From NCBI GenBank assembly GCA_028534125.1, contig CM052817.1:51586001-51650000 (forward strand): 64,000 nt of DNA. Direction: 5' to 3'. The position numbers and the translations under genes are program-made. The first letter of the stretch is position 1. Every line of letters begins with the position of its first letter. A model generated the notes under the pieces. The model did not search any database and was not told where the DNA came from. It saw only the letters and a list, made by a program, of their open reading frames with translations. Source of the stretch: Lama glama. Taxonomy: Eukaryota. Shown in pieces: positions 1 through 13,821 of this stretch.

Positions 1-175
1 AATTTCCTTTCAGATCTAATCTGCCTGAATATGGTCATTTGATCACATCGACCTGGTAGTCATACTGAGAAATATTGTCTCTAGCTGGGTAGCTGTATGC
101 CCAGCTAAAACTCTGGCAGTCCCATGATGAATGGATAAGAGTCTATATCCATGGGTCAGTTGTTCATCTTTGCTC
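1..175 (-). mobile_element. Partial MaLR LTR (MLT1J-like), cut by the window edge
   Basis: tgagaaatattgtctctagctgggtagctgtatgcccagctaaaa. Confidence 0.45.
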
Positions 176-884
176 TTGAATCGAACTATGAATCACCTTT
201 TTTTTTTTCATTAAAATTCAAGAGAGTGTTTCTACATACTAACCATTGGATGAGCTTCCCCACATCAGTAACTTTTCCTAGATATTCTGGTAATAGACTA
301 AGGGATAAGGGACAGGTCAGAAGGTTGTTGGAATCAGTCATGAGTAATATTTCCATGTCCAGGACTATGGGTTGGATTAAGAAAAGAATGTAAGATAGGG
401 AGATTGCTTATTAAGTATACACCTATGATCAAACTTTTCTGTTAACATGATCAATCTTTTGTTAATGAGTTAAGTTTCTACAGTTGAAATGGAAATGACT
501 CAAAGCAGAGTAATATTCTCAATTAGCACTCTAAATTTTTTCTCTAAAGTTGGGGCTACCAAAGCTACTTTTGTTGGTTTATATTTAAATCCCCCCCTTT
601 TTTTTAACATTATAAGGTTGGACTGAAGTTTTGAAACTTTTGAAGTAGTAGAATTAAGTTACTTGTCATTAGATACATACACTCTAGTCTTCCCTTGTAA
701 TTTACTTCTTTGTTCCACTTCGTGCCTTACAGATTTTTGTTCATTTAGAAGTGAGGAAACTTAATGGCCAGTTGAGCAACAAGTAATTCAAGTTGTACTG
801 GCAAATAAAACTCTTCTTTGGGAGATGTTATTTTATTTTCTTAAAATGAGCCAAGTATAAGATGAGAACAGTATTTTTTTCATT

Positions 885-889
885 TGTGC

Positions 890-932
<43 letters not shown>
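885..932. repeat. Compound microsatellite (TG)n(TA)n
   Basis: Direct reading. Confidence 0.95.
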
Positions 933-1015
933 GTCAGTTCACGTTAAGCCATCTCAATATAGCTGAATGTATGTGTTTGAGTACAGGGCTCTTTTTGTGT
1001 GTGACGCTCTGTTTC

Positions 1016-1375
1016 ATTTTATTTTTTTATAGAAGTATAATAGATCTACAATATTGTGTCAAGTTTCAGGCATACAGCAAAGTGATTCAGTTATAAATAT
1101 TTTTTTCAGATTATTTTTGACTATGGGTTATTATAGGATATTGAATATCGTTCCCTGTGTTATACAGTAAATTCTTGTTGCTTATCTATTATATATATAG
1201 TGGTGTGTATCTGTTAATCCCATATTCCTAACTTATCCCTACCCTTTTCTCTTTTGATAACCATAAGTTCATTTTCTATGTCTGTGAGTCTGTTTCTGTT
1301 TAGTAAATAGATTCATTTGTATTATTTTTTAGATTCTGTATATAAGTGATATCATATAATATTTGTCTGTCTCTG
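1016..1375 (-). mobile_element. LINE-1 3' UTR fragment (cetartiodactyl-type)
   Basis: T-rich tail, then agaagtataatagatctacaatattgtg...catacagcaaagtgattcagttata...ttgaatatcgttccctgtgttatacagta...tgtctgtgagtctgtttctg, a typical reverse L1 3' end. Confidence 0.85.
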
Positions 1376-3304
1376 CATTGACTCTCTTGTTTTTAAGATT
1401 CTTTTACTGGGATTACTTTTATTTTCCAAATGTGTATTATTGCAGGTATAAAAGGGTGGGTGGGGAAAGTTATCTTGAAATCTCTGAATCTTCCATTCCC
1501 ATTGTGTATATTTAGCAGCAGAAGTTGTGCTAGACTACTTATTTTCAGTTTTTCTGGGGTATTTCATGTTTGTTCCCTCTCTTAACACCTGAACTCCACC
1601 TGTAAACTCTCAGAAATTTAACTATTTAATGAAAAATTAAAAATAAATTATTAAGGAAGAAATCAATTTACTAAATTCAGAACTCTCAATATAGAAATTC
1701 CCATCACTTTCATTAGGATGCAAACTTGTCTCTTGCTGATTTGAGCCTGAAATCGCTTTGAGTTCTGAAGTATACCAAATGTGTAGAAAAGCCCATGTTT
1801 CATAACATACAAGTAAGAAATGGTTCTAAACTAAAAGGAGAATTGAGCCCATATGAAGACTGTGAGCCTGAACCTGTTTTATAGGTATTTATTTCTGGGC
1901 ATTTTTAAAATTTGAGATCGTGTTCTATAGGGTAGGTAAACTTTCTCCACCTGTCATTAGTATAGATTCAGGGAGCTAATGTCACAACAGCAAGGTACAA
2001 CTTAATTTTGCTAGCTGAAAAACTTGGATTTTTTCTCTGTCGTGTATTTTCACGAAATATAGCCTATTTAGCATATACTTTAGTAGTAACCACAAGACTT
2101 AATGATGCACATTAATTTCATCCCTTAAATTTAAGAGGATAATGTCCCAATTTAGATATAAGCACATGCTCAGTTGAGTTACAAAGAATCAATTGGAAAA
2201 TAAGTGGTCCATATCCCAGTTTCTTATAACTGAAAATAAATTTTGGTTCACTACCTTCCTTTATTTCCACCACAGGGAAAATACAGTTCTTCATACTCTC
2301 TCTCTCTCATGTGAGAAATATGCTCTAATTTTTGAATCCCAAGGGCTTTATGGAAAATGTGTCCCTTTAAGTCATAGTCTGACCCAATTAAAATATGAAA
2401 ATGATTAATTCACTTACCATTTAAAGGATGTAAAACTGGGTTGTCATCACAGAAGCACCATTCTAAGATATGCACCAATTTTACATATCATGATAAATCA
2501 AGTATAGAATAGTTGAAACCAAACTTCATTAATTTCAGTTTTCATTTTCCTTTGGGTGCCATGTATTGCTGTTAAACTAGGATGTAAATGTAAAGATTTT
2601 TATAGATTCCTCCTTCCAAAACTTCTTCTGTATGAACAAAGAATTTAAATATTTTGTATTTTAGATTTCCTTTTATTCAGATTGAAAGATACAAGTGTCT
2701 CATCTCACGTGGATGAAATTGTTGCATTAAGCTTGTACCTTTTGGAATTGCTTGTAATTTGATTCAAAACCAAATTTAATTTATTTCAACAATATTGTTA
2801 AAACATGGAGCTGGAATTGAACAACCTTGCAAAATTTTAAGTAATGTTTCTGTCTCAGAAAGTACAGTGAAATTGACTACTCAAATGGCTGCTGGATTCA
2901 TCTCTCCAGTGAGTGTGAGCAAGTTACATTTAATTTCAGACACTTAGGAAAATATATAGGATTTCACTCATATAGTAGCTCAGTAGGAATGGAGTCTCTG
3001 TATTATGGAATTGGGAATTTGTTTTCCTTGAAGGCTTTGGCAGACCCAGCGATTTCCTTGCCAGTCAGCAAGGAGTCAATTATAAGAGATTTTGATGCCT
3101 GTCACACATCAGGAAAGTTAAATGAACTGGAAGAAGTCAGATAACAGTGATAAACTGTTATCTTTTAGCTTCAACAGAGATTAGGAGAGGGCAGTTTTTG
3201 CCCCAAAACATTGTGGGACATATATACATTCACCCTGTCTGAGTAATGGGAAGTCCTATGTTACTCAATAGGGGCAAGAAGTGCAAATAATAATTCATAT
3301 ATTA

Positions 3305-3390
3305 GGGGGAGGGTACAACTCAGTGGTAGAGTATATGCTTAGCATGCATGAGGTCCGGGGTTCAATCCACAATACTTCCATTAAGATAAT
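3305..3390 (+). mobile_element. tRNA-Ala-derived SINE (Vic-1 type, camelid)
   Basis: gggggagggtacaactcagtggtagag...cttagcatg...ggttcaatcc with an (AAT)n tail. 19-bp TSD aataataattca(t/c)atatta at 3286-3304 and 3391-3409. Confidence 0.88.
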
Positions 3391-5877
3391 AATAATAATT
3401 CACATATTAATTCATTGTTCAGCTATAAAGTATGTTGAAGCCCTGAAGTGATTTGATATTTTTGCTATTACAAATAATACTGATTAATATTTTTAAAAGT
3501 TCTCATAAAGCATGTTTCTTAACGAACCTTCAGTATACTTTTTAAAAATTTACCAAGACAAAAGAGATTTCGTTTTAAAAATGTTTTATTATAAAATCAT
3601 AATAGCTAAATAGGTTCCTTTAACCACCAGATAAATAATAATATTAGTTACAATTGTTACTAAATAAATTGTATCCATGTGAAATCACCTGCAAAAGTTA
3701 GGTCTCCCCTTCCAGTTCACAAGATCTACTGGTTGATTACACAAATTGCAAAAACTAATTCAAAGGTTGTCTTTTGATTTTTAAGAAGCTTTTGTTTTTG
3801 TAGCTAATTGATGATGAAAGCAGTGAAATTAGAATAAAATAATGTGAGCATAAGAATGAGATTATAAACATTATCTGTTTAAAACTACATGGCTAATCTT
3901 AGGACATAGCTTGCAGTGTATTACAGATTTCAGAAACATATTCAACGTTAAAAAGTTTTTTTTTGCTGAATAACTAAAAACTTGGATGATTTGCTTTGTG
4001 GCTAACATAAACTTTGTGTAAGTTGTCTTAATTTCATCATTGATCCTTCTGGAGACACCTTTAAAACACAGTAAAGCAGAGTGTCAGATGAGAAGCACTC
4101 ATTCTTTCTTAGCTAAACTCTGTTGCTTGATGGAAAACCTCTCAGATAGTTCAATTACAGAGTTGATATTCATAGTTTTAAGTATAACACTCCACCCCTC
4201 ATCGAATAATAATAATAAATACTAGATATTATACTGCTGTCTTATCAGACAATAGTATAGAAATGACAAAAACCTGAGTCCTAAATCATGCACTTCTACC
4301 TCTTGTGTGTCGCTTGGAGCAGTGCATTTAATCTTGGCAACCCAGAGTTTCCAAAAATTAAAATAAGAATAAGAATATTCATCCTACCTAGCTTATTTAG
4401 TTATGATAAAATGAAACAGTCTTACAAATGGTAAAATTCTATGTATACGTAAAACTAATGCAAAGACTCTTTCAAATGGGAAAAGCAATAGCATAAATAA
4501 GTTGACTTCTAACATTTGTTAAGGCTCAGGCAGCAGATTTACCAAGCATAGAGAGCTCAAGAACTGTCTGATCTTAGTTACTTTTACAGAATCCTTTGTC
4601 TCAGTATTGATTTGGTATTTAGAATGAGGACCTGAATGAGAATAATTGAAATTGAAGTGGGAAGAGGACAATGTTACTAACACAAGAAGTATTAAAGGGA
4701 AACTTGGCTAAGTGTATGAAGCAAAATAAGGAAAAGTCCAAATGCACTTTTTTTTTTTTTAGCTTCGGGGAATGGTGGCATGGTTGTAGTATTGACCAAA
4801 ATAAGGTAGGACAGGGCACCTGAGATTTCGAAAAAAATGAGCTATATCTGACAAATGGCTATTTAGATGATGGCAGTGAGGGAAATAAATGTGATTCTTA
4901 AAGAGTCCATTACAGAAGTCCCATAGCTGGAAAAGAGCTCAGATCTGAAAGTATGAATTTGGAAAGCATGTAGGTAGAGGTTACACTTGTTCTATGAACT
5001 AGGTAGGGAGTATAAGAGAGAAAGAAATAAGGCCAATGACAGATTCAAAGAAAAATACGAGGTATAAAGGAAAAAGAGGTACTAGGAGAATTCATTGATA
5101 ATCTCGAAGAAGTAACCCAAAATCCGGGAGACAGAAAAGAGAAAGAAATTTCAAAATGATGGAGTTCATTGAAAGTATAAAACTTTAAAATAGTGTAAAG
5201 CTACCTAGGATTGGACTAGAATATTGAAATTTTCACTTTTAAGAAAAGATGGTAACTGAATTTTACCTAACTGAATTAGAGATGATAATATTACTAAAAT
5301 ATCATTAACTTAAGAAAATATTTAAATAAGGTTCTTTCAATAGAGAATGATGATAGTTTAAGTGTCTTTGCGGAGCTTTCATCACTTCATGGGAGATTTA
5401 AAAAGTCACGTTAAGCTTCATTGCTAATTAATCAATTGAAAATAAGTGAAAGCTTTTCGACTTTTAAAAATGTAGTCATTGTAGAAAATGTTATTTAATT
5501 TATGTAGGATTTTTGAGAGAAACCAGGAGCTTTGTTTTAAAGAGCTACTCTTTTGTTTATCCAGCATATCTTTATTAACCACTACTTTCTGTCAATTATT
5601 CAAGTTTTATTTACTTTTCTCCTGTTTCAAGTAGTAAAATGAGAAGAAAAACTAGAAAAGTAAATCTATACATATGCGCCTGTGAGTTATGATAAGTGCT
5701 ATGAAGGAAAAGGAAAACAGGAGGAATTCTTTCACATTGAGCCACCAAAGAAGTCCTCTTGGAAGACATGATAATTATGGTCAGACCTCAAATATGAAAC
5801 AGAGATTGACTTGCCTTATACAGAGCTCTTTATAGACTTAGCCTCATTTAAGGCAGTGTGGTATAGAACAGGCTTAA

Positions 5878-6400
5878 GTATCCATTAGAATTAGCTTTTG
5901 CTGAATATACGTGAAAGTGCAAAGGCCTAAAGGTATTTTATTGCCTAAGCAAGTGAAATTGTTTTTCTCTCATGCAAAAGAATCCTGGGGGTACTTAGCC
6001 CAGGACTGATGTGATATCTTTATCATCGGGTACCCAGATCCTTGTCATTCTGCAAAACCATCCTGCATGTATAGCTTTCATTCTTAAAGAATTTCCTGAC
6101 CTAGACTTCCAAGCCCTCTGGATTACCAACCATCAGACCTACATTTAAGGCAGGAAGAGGGAAAGGGCAGAAAGGAAAGAAGGCATGTCTTCTAGTTAAG
6201 TCAGCACTCTTTAAAGCACTTCCGTGGAAGCAACACACAAGTTCTGCTTTTATCTCATTGAATTCTCTCCACCTTGATTCTATGAGAAGACCTGATACAT
6301 GTGGCTTTATAGCTGAGCACACTGTCACACTCAACACACAGATTCTGTTGCTAAGATATAAGGAGGGAATGCTTAGCGAGCTGGCTGCCTTCACTATACT
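5878..6400 (-). mobile_element. MaLR LTR (MLT1J-like)
   Basis: ttagcttttgctg...tttttctctcatg...ggtacccagatcctt...aaggcaggaagaggg...ttctgcttttatctcattg...atagctgagcacactg. Confidence 0.6.
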
Positions 6401-9400
6401 ATTATTGTGCATTGCAGGTAATCATATGCTTTAAGAGGCTGAAGCTTAGAGGTTAAGCTATTTATATAAAGCCAAATACTTAAGAAAATCACTGTGTATC
6501 TGTCATTTAGAAATTGCCTTCTACCCATTTTAACACATCATTGAGATGAGCTATTATCCTAATACAGTCTCTCAATTTATGCTGGATTTCTACAATATAT
6601 TCAACAATTTTTACAATGTATGCTGGATTTGCATCTGGCCATCCATTAAAGGAATCCTTAATTCTATGTTGACCACATCATTCCTTTGCTCACCTACACA
6701 AATACACACACACATACACAAATACAAATGCACATCTGTTTACACACACACAATGGCTCCATATTTTCCTACAACTGAATTTTAACTATGTCTTGTTTTC
6801 AGAGCCCTTCATCATCATGTTTAGAATCAACTCCTTACAGTAACAACCACTAAATCTCTGATCTGTTTGTCTGTTTCTTTTACCTGTTTAACATTGTGCT
6901 TTTTTTCTGTTACTAGGCATAGCTCTAATCCTAACAGCTCCATTATTTTCTCTAACTGGATCAATTATTCTTGGGTTTCATCCTTGTAACAGTTTGTACT
7001 AGTTGTATTAATTCTCTTTTAAAAATTCTGTGATCGACTTTTTTCTCTAGCTAGAATGTAAGAACTTTGAAAACAGAATCATTTTATTCTACTATTTCTT
7101 TTTCACCTGGCACCTGTCACAATAAAGAATACGTAGTATTGTCTTTAATTGTTGATCTTTAAATTGCTTTCTTAATTCCCTTATTTATATATATTTGTGT
7201 TAACCTTGGGTATCAATGCTTCTAAATTTGTATGATTATAGTTTTGAAATAGAAAAAATTGCTTTCTCATGGTAGACTTCAGTTCATTAATAACACCTAC
7301 CAGAACTTTGTAAGAATGGGTCACTGAATTCCTTGGAAAATTGTTATTATAATTATCATTATTATATTAATTTAATTTCCTGAATTTGAACTAGTATATT
7401 TTAATGAGTAAGGCTAATATATGTCCATGTCATAGTTCCAGTTTTACACAGACAAGCACACTTGTGTGATTCAAAGGTTGGAAAATTCTTGCCTCAACAG
7501 AGATCTGTTAAGCCATAATATCTATCAGTTAGCTGTTACATATATTCATTATGTGTGTATGTTTCATGTACACAATGAAAATTATTAATATCTATAGTGA
7601 AAAGACCAGGTATACTTATACACAATCTTTCTCTCTTGTTCTCTGGCTTTCTACCTGAAGGGTATACATAACCTGATATTCTGTATCTGAGCGTATGCAT
7701 GCTCTGAATACATAATGTGTATATTTATGAACTTCAAAGGAAGCAATTTGTTGACATTGATGTTAGTATACCAGTATAGTTATTATTTCCTGTAAACCTG
7801 ATCGGGAAAAGTATGCTTTGAAAACTATTTCAAACATTGGACCAGTGCTTGAGGATTAGAAAGACTGAATTTCCGCACATGTGCATCTATAGTCTTTCCT
7901 TCTTTTCATGAGCATTTTGTGAGCGCCTATTATGAGCCAGATATTCTTCTAGTTGCTTTTATTATATCATATGATATAGCTGCTTTAATGGGGAAAAAAA
8001 CTATTACACTCACCAGGAAACCACTTTTGAAGTTGTGAGATGTTGTAATTTAAAATATTTTTTAAACACTAAAACTTCAGAAATAGCTTTTACTGTTACT
8101 TGAGTACTTTCTTAGTACCCATCACTCGCTTGACTTTTTATCACTGACATTGTGGGTAAGAGGTTAATTGTAATTGCACGGTCACCTGGACTATCCTGTA
8201 ATTTGAAGTAGAGTCTCTCTGCTGTGTCGGGCTTGACAGTATATTATTTCCAAGCATTAGTGCCAGGATGCTCTTTAAATCGGCTCTGGAGCTGGGGAAG
8301 AAGTGATTTACGTGCTCGATTTAGTGCTCCTCTTGCTGTCCGCTTCAGGCCACTTTCCTATGAACTGCAGAATGTGAACAAAATTAAAATTCGAATGCAA
8401 CCAAAGATGGAAAAAATAGCATGAAACAAAAGGGAAGTAATTCTTGCCCTGCACATTTGTTGACAAGGATGTAGTATGTAAATCGCTGGATATCCTGAAC
8501 TAGTTCTTTTCCTCTTGGGAATTCTTGAAGTAAACATTAAAAGATGGATTTTAATGAATGAATGCCTGTACAGATGGAATTTTCTACAGATTTTTTTAAG
8601 CAACAGGGGAAACAGAAGACTTTCTACTTCCTCCTAAGAATAAAAGGAGGATAGAGGAGGAGGTGGCTTAACCACATTTCTTAAGATTGCGTTAAACACA
8701 CTTGGGGAGAATAATTAGACTCTTGAAAGTAAGAAATAATGATTTTTCTATCTTAGCAAAAATTAGTGCCAAAATTAAAGCACATTACGTTTTTTTCTTT
8801 ATCCAGTTTTGGATTAATTAGGCTAAATCTGGAAGCTGTTCATTTATTCCGTGGTGTTTTGGCTCACAGCACCTAATATTTTATCAATGTGCAGAGCTTA
8901 ACTGTGTCCTTCTTTTATAATTCTATTCGCAAACATCCATAGCAAGATTCTCTCTCATTATGTGAGAAATGGCTTAGGAAACACTTTGGTCCCGCCGTTT
9001 ACTGGTCAAATGATTGGCTTTAAGCTGACCATAGTTTAAATTTGCATAAGCATAATAAAATAAATGAGTGGTAATACTAAACCCTTGAACATTTATTTAA
9101 TTAACTAAAATGTTTAAAAATAAGGATGCCCAGAACTTTAATTCCCAGCACATTCTAGTCCTAGCAGAGAGTTACCACCCTCAATTTCCATACCAAACCC
9201 TATGAGGTTATTGATTAAAAATATAAGTCTGATTTTAAAAGAAATTCTTTTTTATTATTCTTTCATTAAAAAAATAAAGTTGAGGCCCTCGCTCCTTCTC
9301 CTGAGTCTTGAACCTCTCTAAAGTTAAACACTATCCTGAATTTATGTCTTTCTGTTCTTCATGTGTATGTTGTGCATAGGTGTCTTTTGTGTGTGTGTGT

Positions 9401-10196
9401 CTCCAATCCAGCATATAATGTTTTCTTAGTTTCACAAAATTTAGGTAATTGAAAAATATTTTATGCATGCTTTTATAACTATTTTTTCCTACCAACATAA
9501 TTTTTTATATTCTATACCTTAGATGATACCTTAGTTTGGTAGCAGTCAAGGATTTTGTCCTCTGAAAATTCTATAAATATATTTTGGAAATTTATCATCT
9601 GGATCAATTGCCTTTTTCTTATTGAATATAAATAATAAGATAAAAAGAAAGAAATTGAGGGGGCTCCTGCATTTTTCTAAGAAGGTGAAAGTGAAGTAGT
9701 AGAACTTTGTCATATGATGAGGTTGACATTTAGGTAATACAATCTACAAATATGCACGAGGTGGCTTTCTTGGCATTTTGGTTTCATTAAACTTACATCA
9801 GATATCACTCTAATTTTTTTCCTGATTTTTTTCTTCTTTTATTAATTCTTTTTTTTTTTTTGAAATGTAGTCGATTTACTTTCCTAACTGATTTTGAACT
9901 ATTGTAGATATGTTTTTCTAACAAGCAATGGAATTTCACTTTGCAATTAACTTATCTTCTTTAATCTTTATAAGACATAAATCTATAAGGTATACATCTC
10001 TAATAAAACAGAAAATAAAATTATTTTGAAAGCATTATAATGCTGTGAAATTAAATTAGAATTACAATAACCAGGTTGCTTTAACATTCTTTCCCTTCTA
10101 GCCACTTTATTATAGCCAGTATAATGGGACACTAAACCTTAAACTACTTGAGCATAGATGCTTCATCTTGTTCTTTGTGTTCCTGGCCTGTGGAAC

Positions 10197-10318
10197 AGTG
10201 TCACCATGGGTCCTACTATGTCTGAGACAGTTACAGTTCTCTCCTTTGTGTAACATTAATAGTGTCCTTTTTCACTCTCAAACTTGTCCCAATTCTGACA
10301 GTTTATCAGATCACCAAT
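10197..10318 (-). mobile_element. MER81-like hAT-Blackjack MITE
   Basis: The reverse strand reads ggtgatc...tgggacaagtttgagagtgaaaaaggacactattaat, close to the recalled MER81 consensus. Confidence 0.6.
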
Positions 10319-10349
10319 AACTTTTGATAAATGAACAATTACAATACCA

Positions 10350-10485
10350 ATCATCAATCAAATACTATATGGCAAGTGTTGGGCTAAATATTGACAATGT
10401 ATCACAACAATACAATAATCTAGATAGTGGTATTATACATTATTTTATATAAGGAAACTGAAATTCAGAGGGTAGTTTGTCCGGT
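10350..10485 (-). mobile_element. MIR fragment
   Basis: attttatataaggaaactgaaattcagagg. Confidence 0.45.
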
Positions 10486-12284
10486 AACTGGCCATCAAAT
10501 TAAAGGAAGTGTTACTCATCTCTATAACCTCAGTGCTTAAGATACAGACAGCTACCGAGAAATTTTCCAAACATCTCTCAGCGCCTGAGAGAAAGATATA
10601 GAAGAACAGATTCAGAAAACTCCCATGGTGCTTGTTTGAAGCAAAGAAAGAAACTTGATATGCTATAACTTTGATTATACTTATACTATTCCTTCAATGG
10701 TACATTCATGGTTTATTCATGCCTGGGGGCTTCTCTTTGAGAAACTGATGAGTCTGTGTGTTTTTGTAAGGCCATTGTGTTTTTATTTCTTTATGTTTTT
10801 CTTTTGAGGAAGTCTGTACTTTTAAATGTGAACACTTTAAGGCAGATCACTGCTCTTTAGAGTATAGTAAATAGCTTTTCAGTGGTTCCAAAGGGTGTAG
10901 TAGGTTACTTAAATGGGCTGCAAATGTGTATCTGTACAGTTTAAGAGCAAGAAGAGACTTGTAGCAAACAGATTGATAACTGCGGTAGACAAGAGAAAGA
11001 ATACATTGCATAAAAATGTCCAAGCTTAAAATATGAAAAGCTATGTATTAGATTCATGATAAATTTTACATCTGTCTTTTTAAATTATATTATCACTTCG
11101 TATCCCTGGGACAAAGTAATCAAAAACTTGTGAGTGAATGAATGAATGAATGAAATTATATTAAATTATTTCTCTTTTTGAGACACAGTCATAAAGGTGA
11201 ATTTTAAAATAAATCATAGCATTGCTTGCCAAATGCCACTCCATTAATACAACAGTTCCAAGAGATAGCTAGTTAATAGTCTTTCAGTAGATGGAAAATT
11301 GCATAGTTACAAGCTTTAAAAGTAATCTTCTACATTCAAATATGGACTTTTCTTAAGGCATAGAATACATACTATAGGACTCTACATGGAACTTAGGAGA
11401 TAGCATGATGTGGCAGATGTTTTTAAGAAAGGAAAATGTAGCAGACAATGCCTTATAAAAATATGTGACATATGTATGATGTATATCCTTATGGAACAAA
11501 ATAGATCTTTCCTTGAAGGATTAAATAGTTTTAAGCACAAAATTCAGGTGCCCCTCCTTTGCTTTGTAGAAGCAGCTAATATATCTGTTATATTTACTTA
11601 TATCCTCCATGTTTCAGCTGCCATACAATCTGTTCTTTTTCTTGGGGAAATATTGGTGTGAGTACTCGAAAAACTTTATTGATATGAAAAATTACCAGGA
11701 TGGTATTCAAAATTAAACACATTGAAATTGCACAGCTTCATAAAGTTTGCTATATAGGTATCTGCAAATATTTAACTTCCTTTACCTAGAGGTCATTTTC
11801 CAATACTCCGTTTGGCTAATCCAAGCGAAGTTTGACGCTCCAAACAGGTATACGGAAATACACACAACCTTGACCTCTAGGAACTTATAGTTTGGAGAGA
11901 AAATATAGATATAGCTATAATTACCAAGTTGAGCAAGGTGATAATTAAATTTATGTAAATACACACACTACAAATAGCATAGAAATACAATATAAGGCCA
12001 CAATAAAGGATATGATGTGTTAACATTTGAAAGAATCACATCTTGGTCTACCTGGTCATCTTTGGCTCAGTAGACAAAGTGTAGCACAATATGTATTTTG
12101 CTCTCTAGAGTTTGTTTCCAGGCTTCTTTCTCCTTTGACTCAGTCACTTAAAAATATTTTATCTTTTAAAAAATTTTAGCCATACTTATTTCAATTGCAG
12201 TACTCTAAATTCTCTGTGACAATTCCACTCCAATTGTTTGATATACTTCCTTGAGTACAGTGGCCAATCAAACGCAGTGAAAGA

Positions 12285-12322
12285 CACAACGTTGTATATC
12301 AGCTATACTTCAATTAAAAAAA
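12285..12322 (+). mobile_element. Ultra-short LINE-1 3' stub
   Basis: cacaacgttgtatatcagctatacttcaattaaaaaaa matches the extreme L1 3' end. tgaaaga is repeated on both sides (12278-12284, 12330-12336). Confidence 0.65.
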
Positions 12323-13697
12323 TATATAATGAAAGAAAAAAATACAGAGAAAACAATGTGGATAGCAGGAGAATTTTTTACATATGTTTATAACTTTGCT
12401 CGGAAGATGAAACAAAGTTGTTTCTCTAGTCAGTCATTTTTAATTATTTCTGTGCTTTTCATAGTTTGATATTAACACTGAAGCTTTCAAAAGAGGTTTT
12501 GTGGTGTCGGCTTAATCACCTTCGTTCTTGTGATAGGGAAGCAGAGCATCCACCTTCTCTCACTTTTGTTCTAGGTTAGGAAAAAGATGACTTTGAACTT
12601 GAAAACTTGCCTCTAGTCATCGTGTGCATTAAACCTCTTACTCGGTAGTCTTCTTTTTCTCAGGAGGAGCTGGAAGCAACTGAAAAAAATCAAGAGGAAT
12701 CTGAAATTTCACCAAAGCTATTTGGAACGTCCTTTTTATTATCTCTGTAAAGCCTCAGCTCCACAGTGATAGCTCCTGGTCTCTAATATCTGAACTATTT
12801 CATAAGGGAAAATATTGTACAGCAGCAGATTTGTAAGCTCAGTTTAAAACTGTTCTTCCATTTGCACATTTGGTTATAAAACATGGTTTTCATCACATGG
12901 CAAAACGACCTTTTTTCTCTCAAAAAGTTTTTTATCCCAGCTACTTGGACATCTTGTCACATACTATGTACAAAGGCTGACAGCCAAAGAACTGTAGGAA
13001 AATTAGCCAGTCCCCATCATTACAAGAGCAAAGAGAAATGCTGTATCAGGCCAAGTGAAAATGTACTGCAAACCTTTGTTTTCATACTTTGCTGCTTCAA
13101 AGCTCAAGCACCAGGTCACTGTGACAAGGTATGATTACGACTTATTTTCCATGAAGAACTGTGAGACAAAAGAAAAATATTCATAGTTGTTTTCTGCAAT
13201 GTTTATTACTTTGGTGGGTTCCTGGCAATAGATAATACATATTATATAATGCCTGTTATATTATGATGTTCTGTTACATTAAATATTATACTATATCTTA
13301 TATCATATTAAATATACATTTCAATAATATATATCGTGTTAGTGTAAGTACTGATATTCTGTGACTAAATATTAAGAATGGAGAAGATAGAATATGAAAA
13401 AAATTAAATCTGCTCACTGATCCTAAAATAGCAGCCACCTGATAATGCTTTTCTTTTATATCCTTTGCCTCTTTCTGTTAATCATGCTTTTTACACTCCC
13501 TTAATATACTTTCAATTCCCAGGGTATCGCTTATAGTAAGAGATTTAAAATAAAATGTGTGACGTGAGACCACCTTATTCAGACTGTTGTATGAGTTATA
13601 TTGAATCATTTCAATTGCAGTGAATACTAAGAATAGAAAATAGAAATGAAGAATTAAAGAAGGACTGATTGCACACTGTGTAAAGAAAACATTGATG

Positions 13698-13821
13698 AAG
13701 GGAGGGTGTAGCTTAGTAGTAGAGTGTGTGCTTAGCATGCACGAGGTCTTGGGTTCAAACCCCAGTACCTCCATTTAAATAAATAAATAAATCTAATTAC
13801 CACCATCCCCACCAAAAAAAA
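13698..13821 (+). mobile_element. tRNA-Ala-derived SINE (Vic-1 type), full length
   Basis: tRNA-like head with B box ggttcaaacc, (AAAT)n linker, ctaattacc...cccc 3' part and A tail. TSD core attgatg at 13691-13697 and 13822-13828. Confidence 0.9.

Noticed and set aside
9847..9879. Possible 20-bp L1 tail stub (T tract plus gaaatgtagtcgatttac)
   Set aside because: Too short to call with confidence, and the TSD is ambiguous.
13698..13775. Apparent tRNA-Ala(AGC) gene (also at 3305, 27051, 46570)
   Set aside because: A-rich tails, a shared non-tRNA 3' segment, TSDs and stem-breaking substitutions identify these as SINE copies, not tRNA genes.
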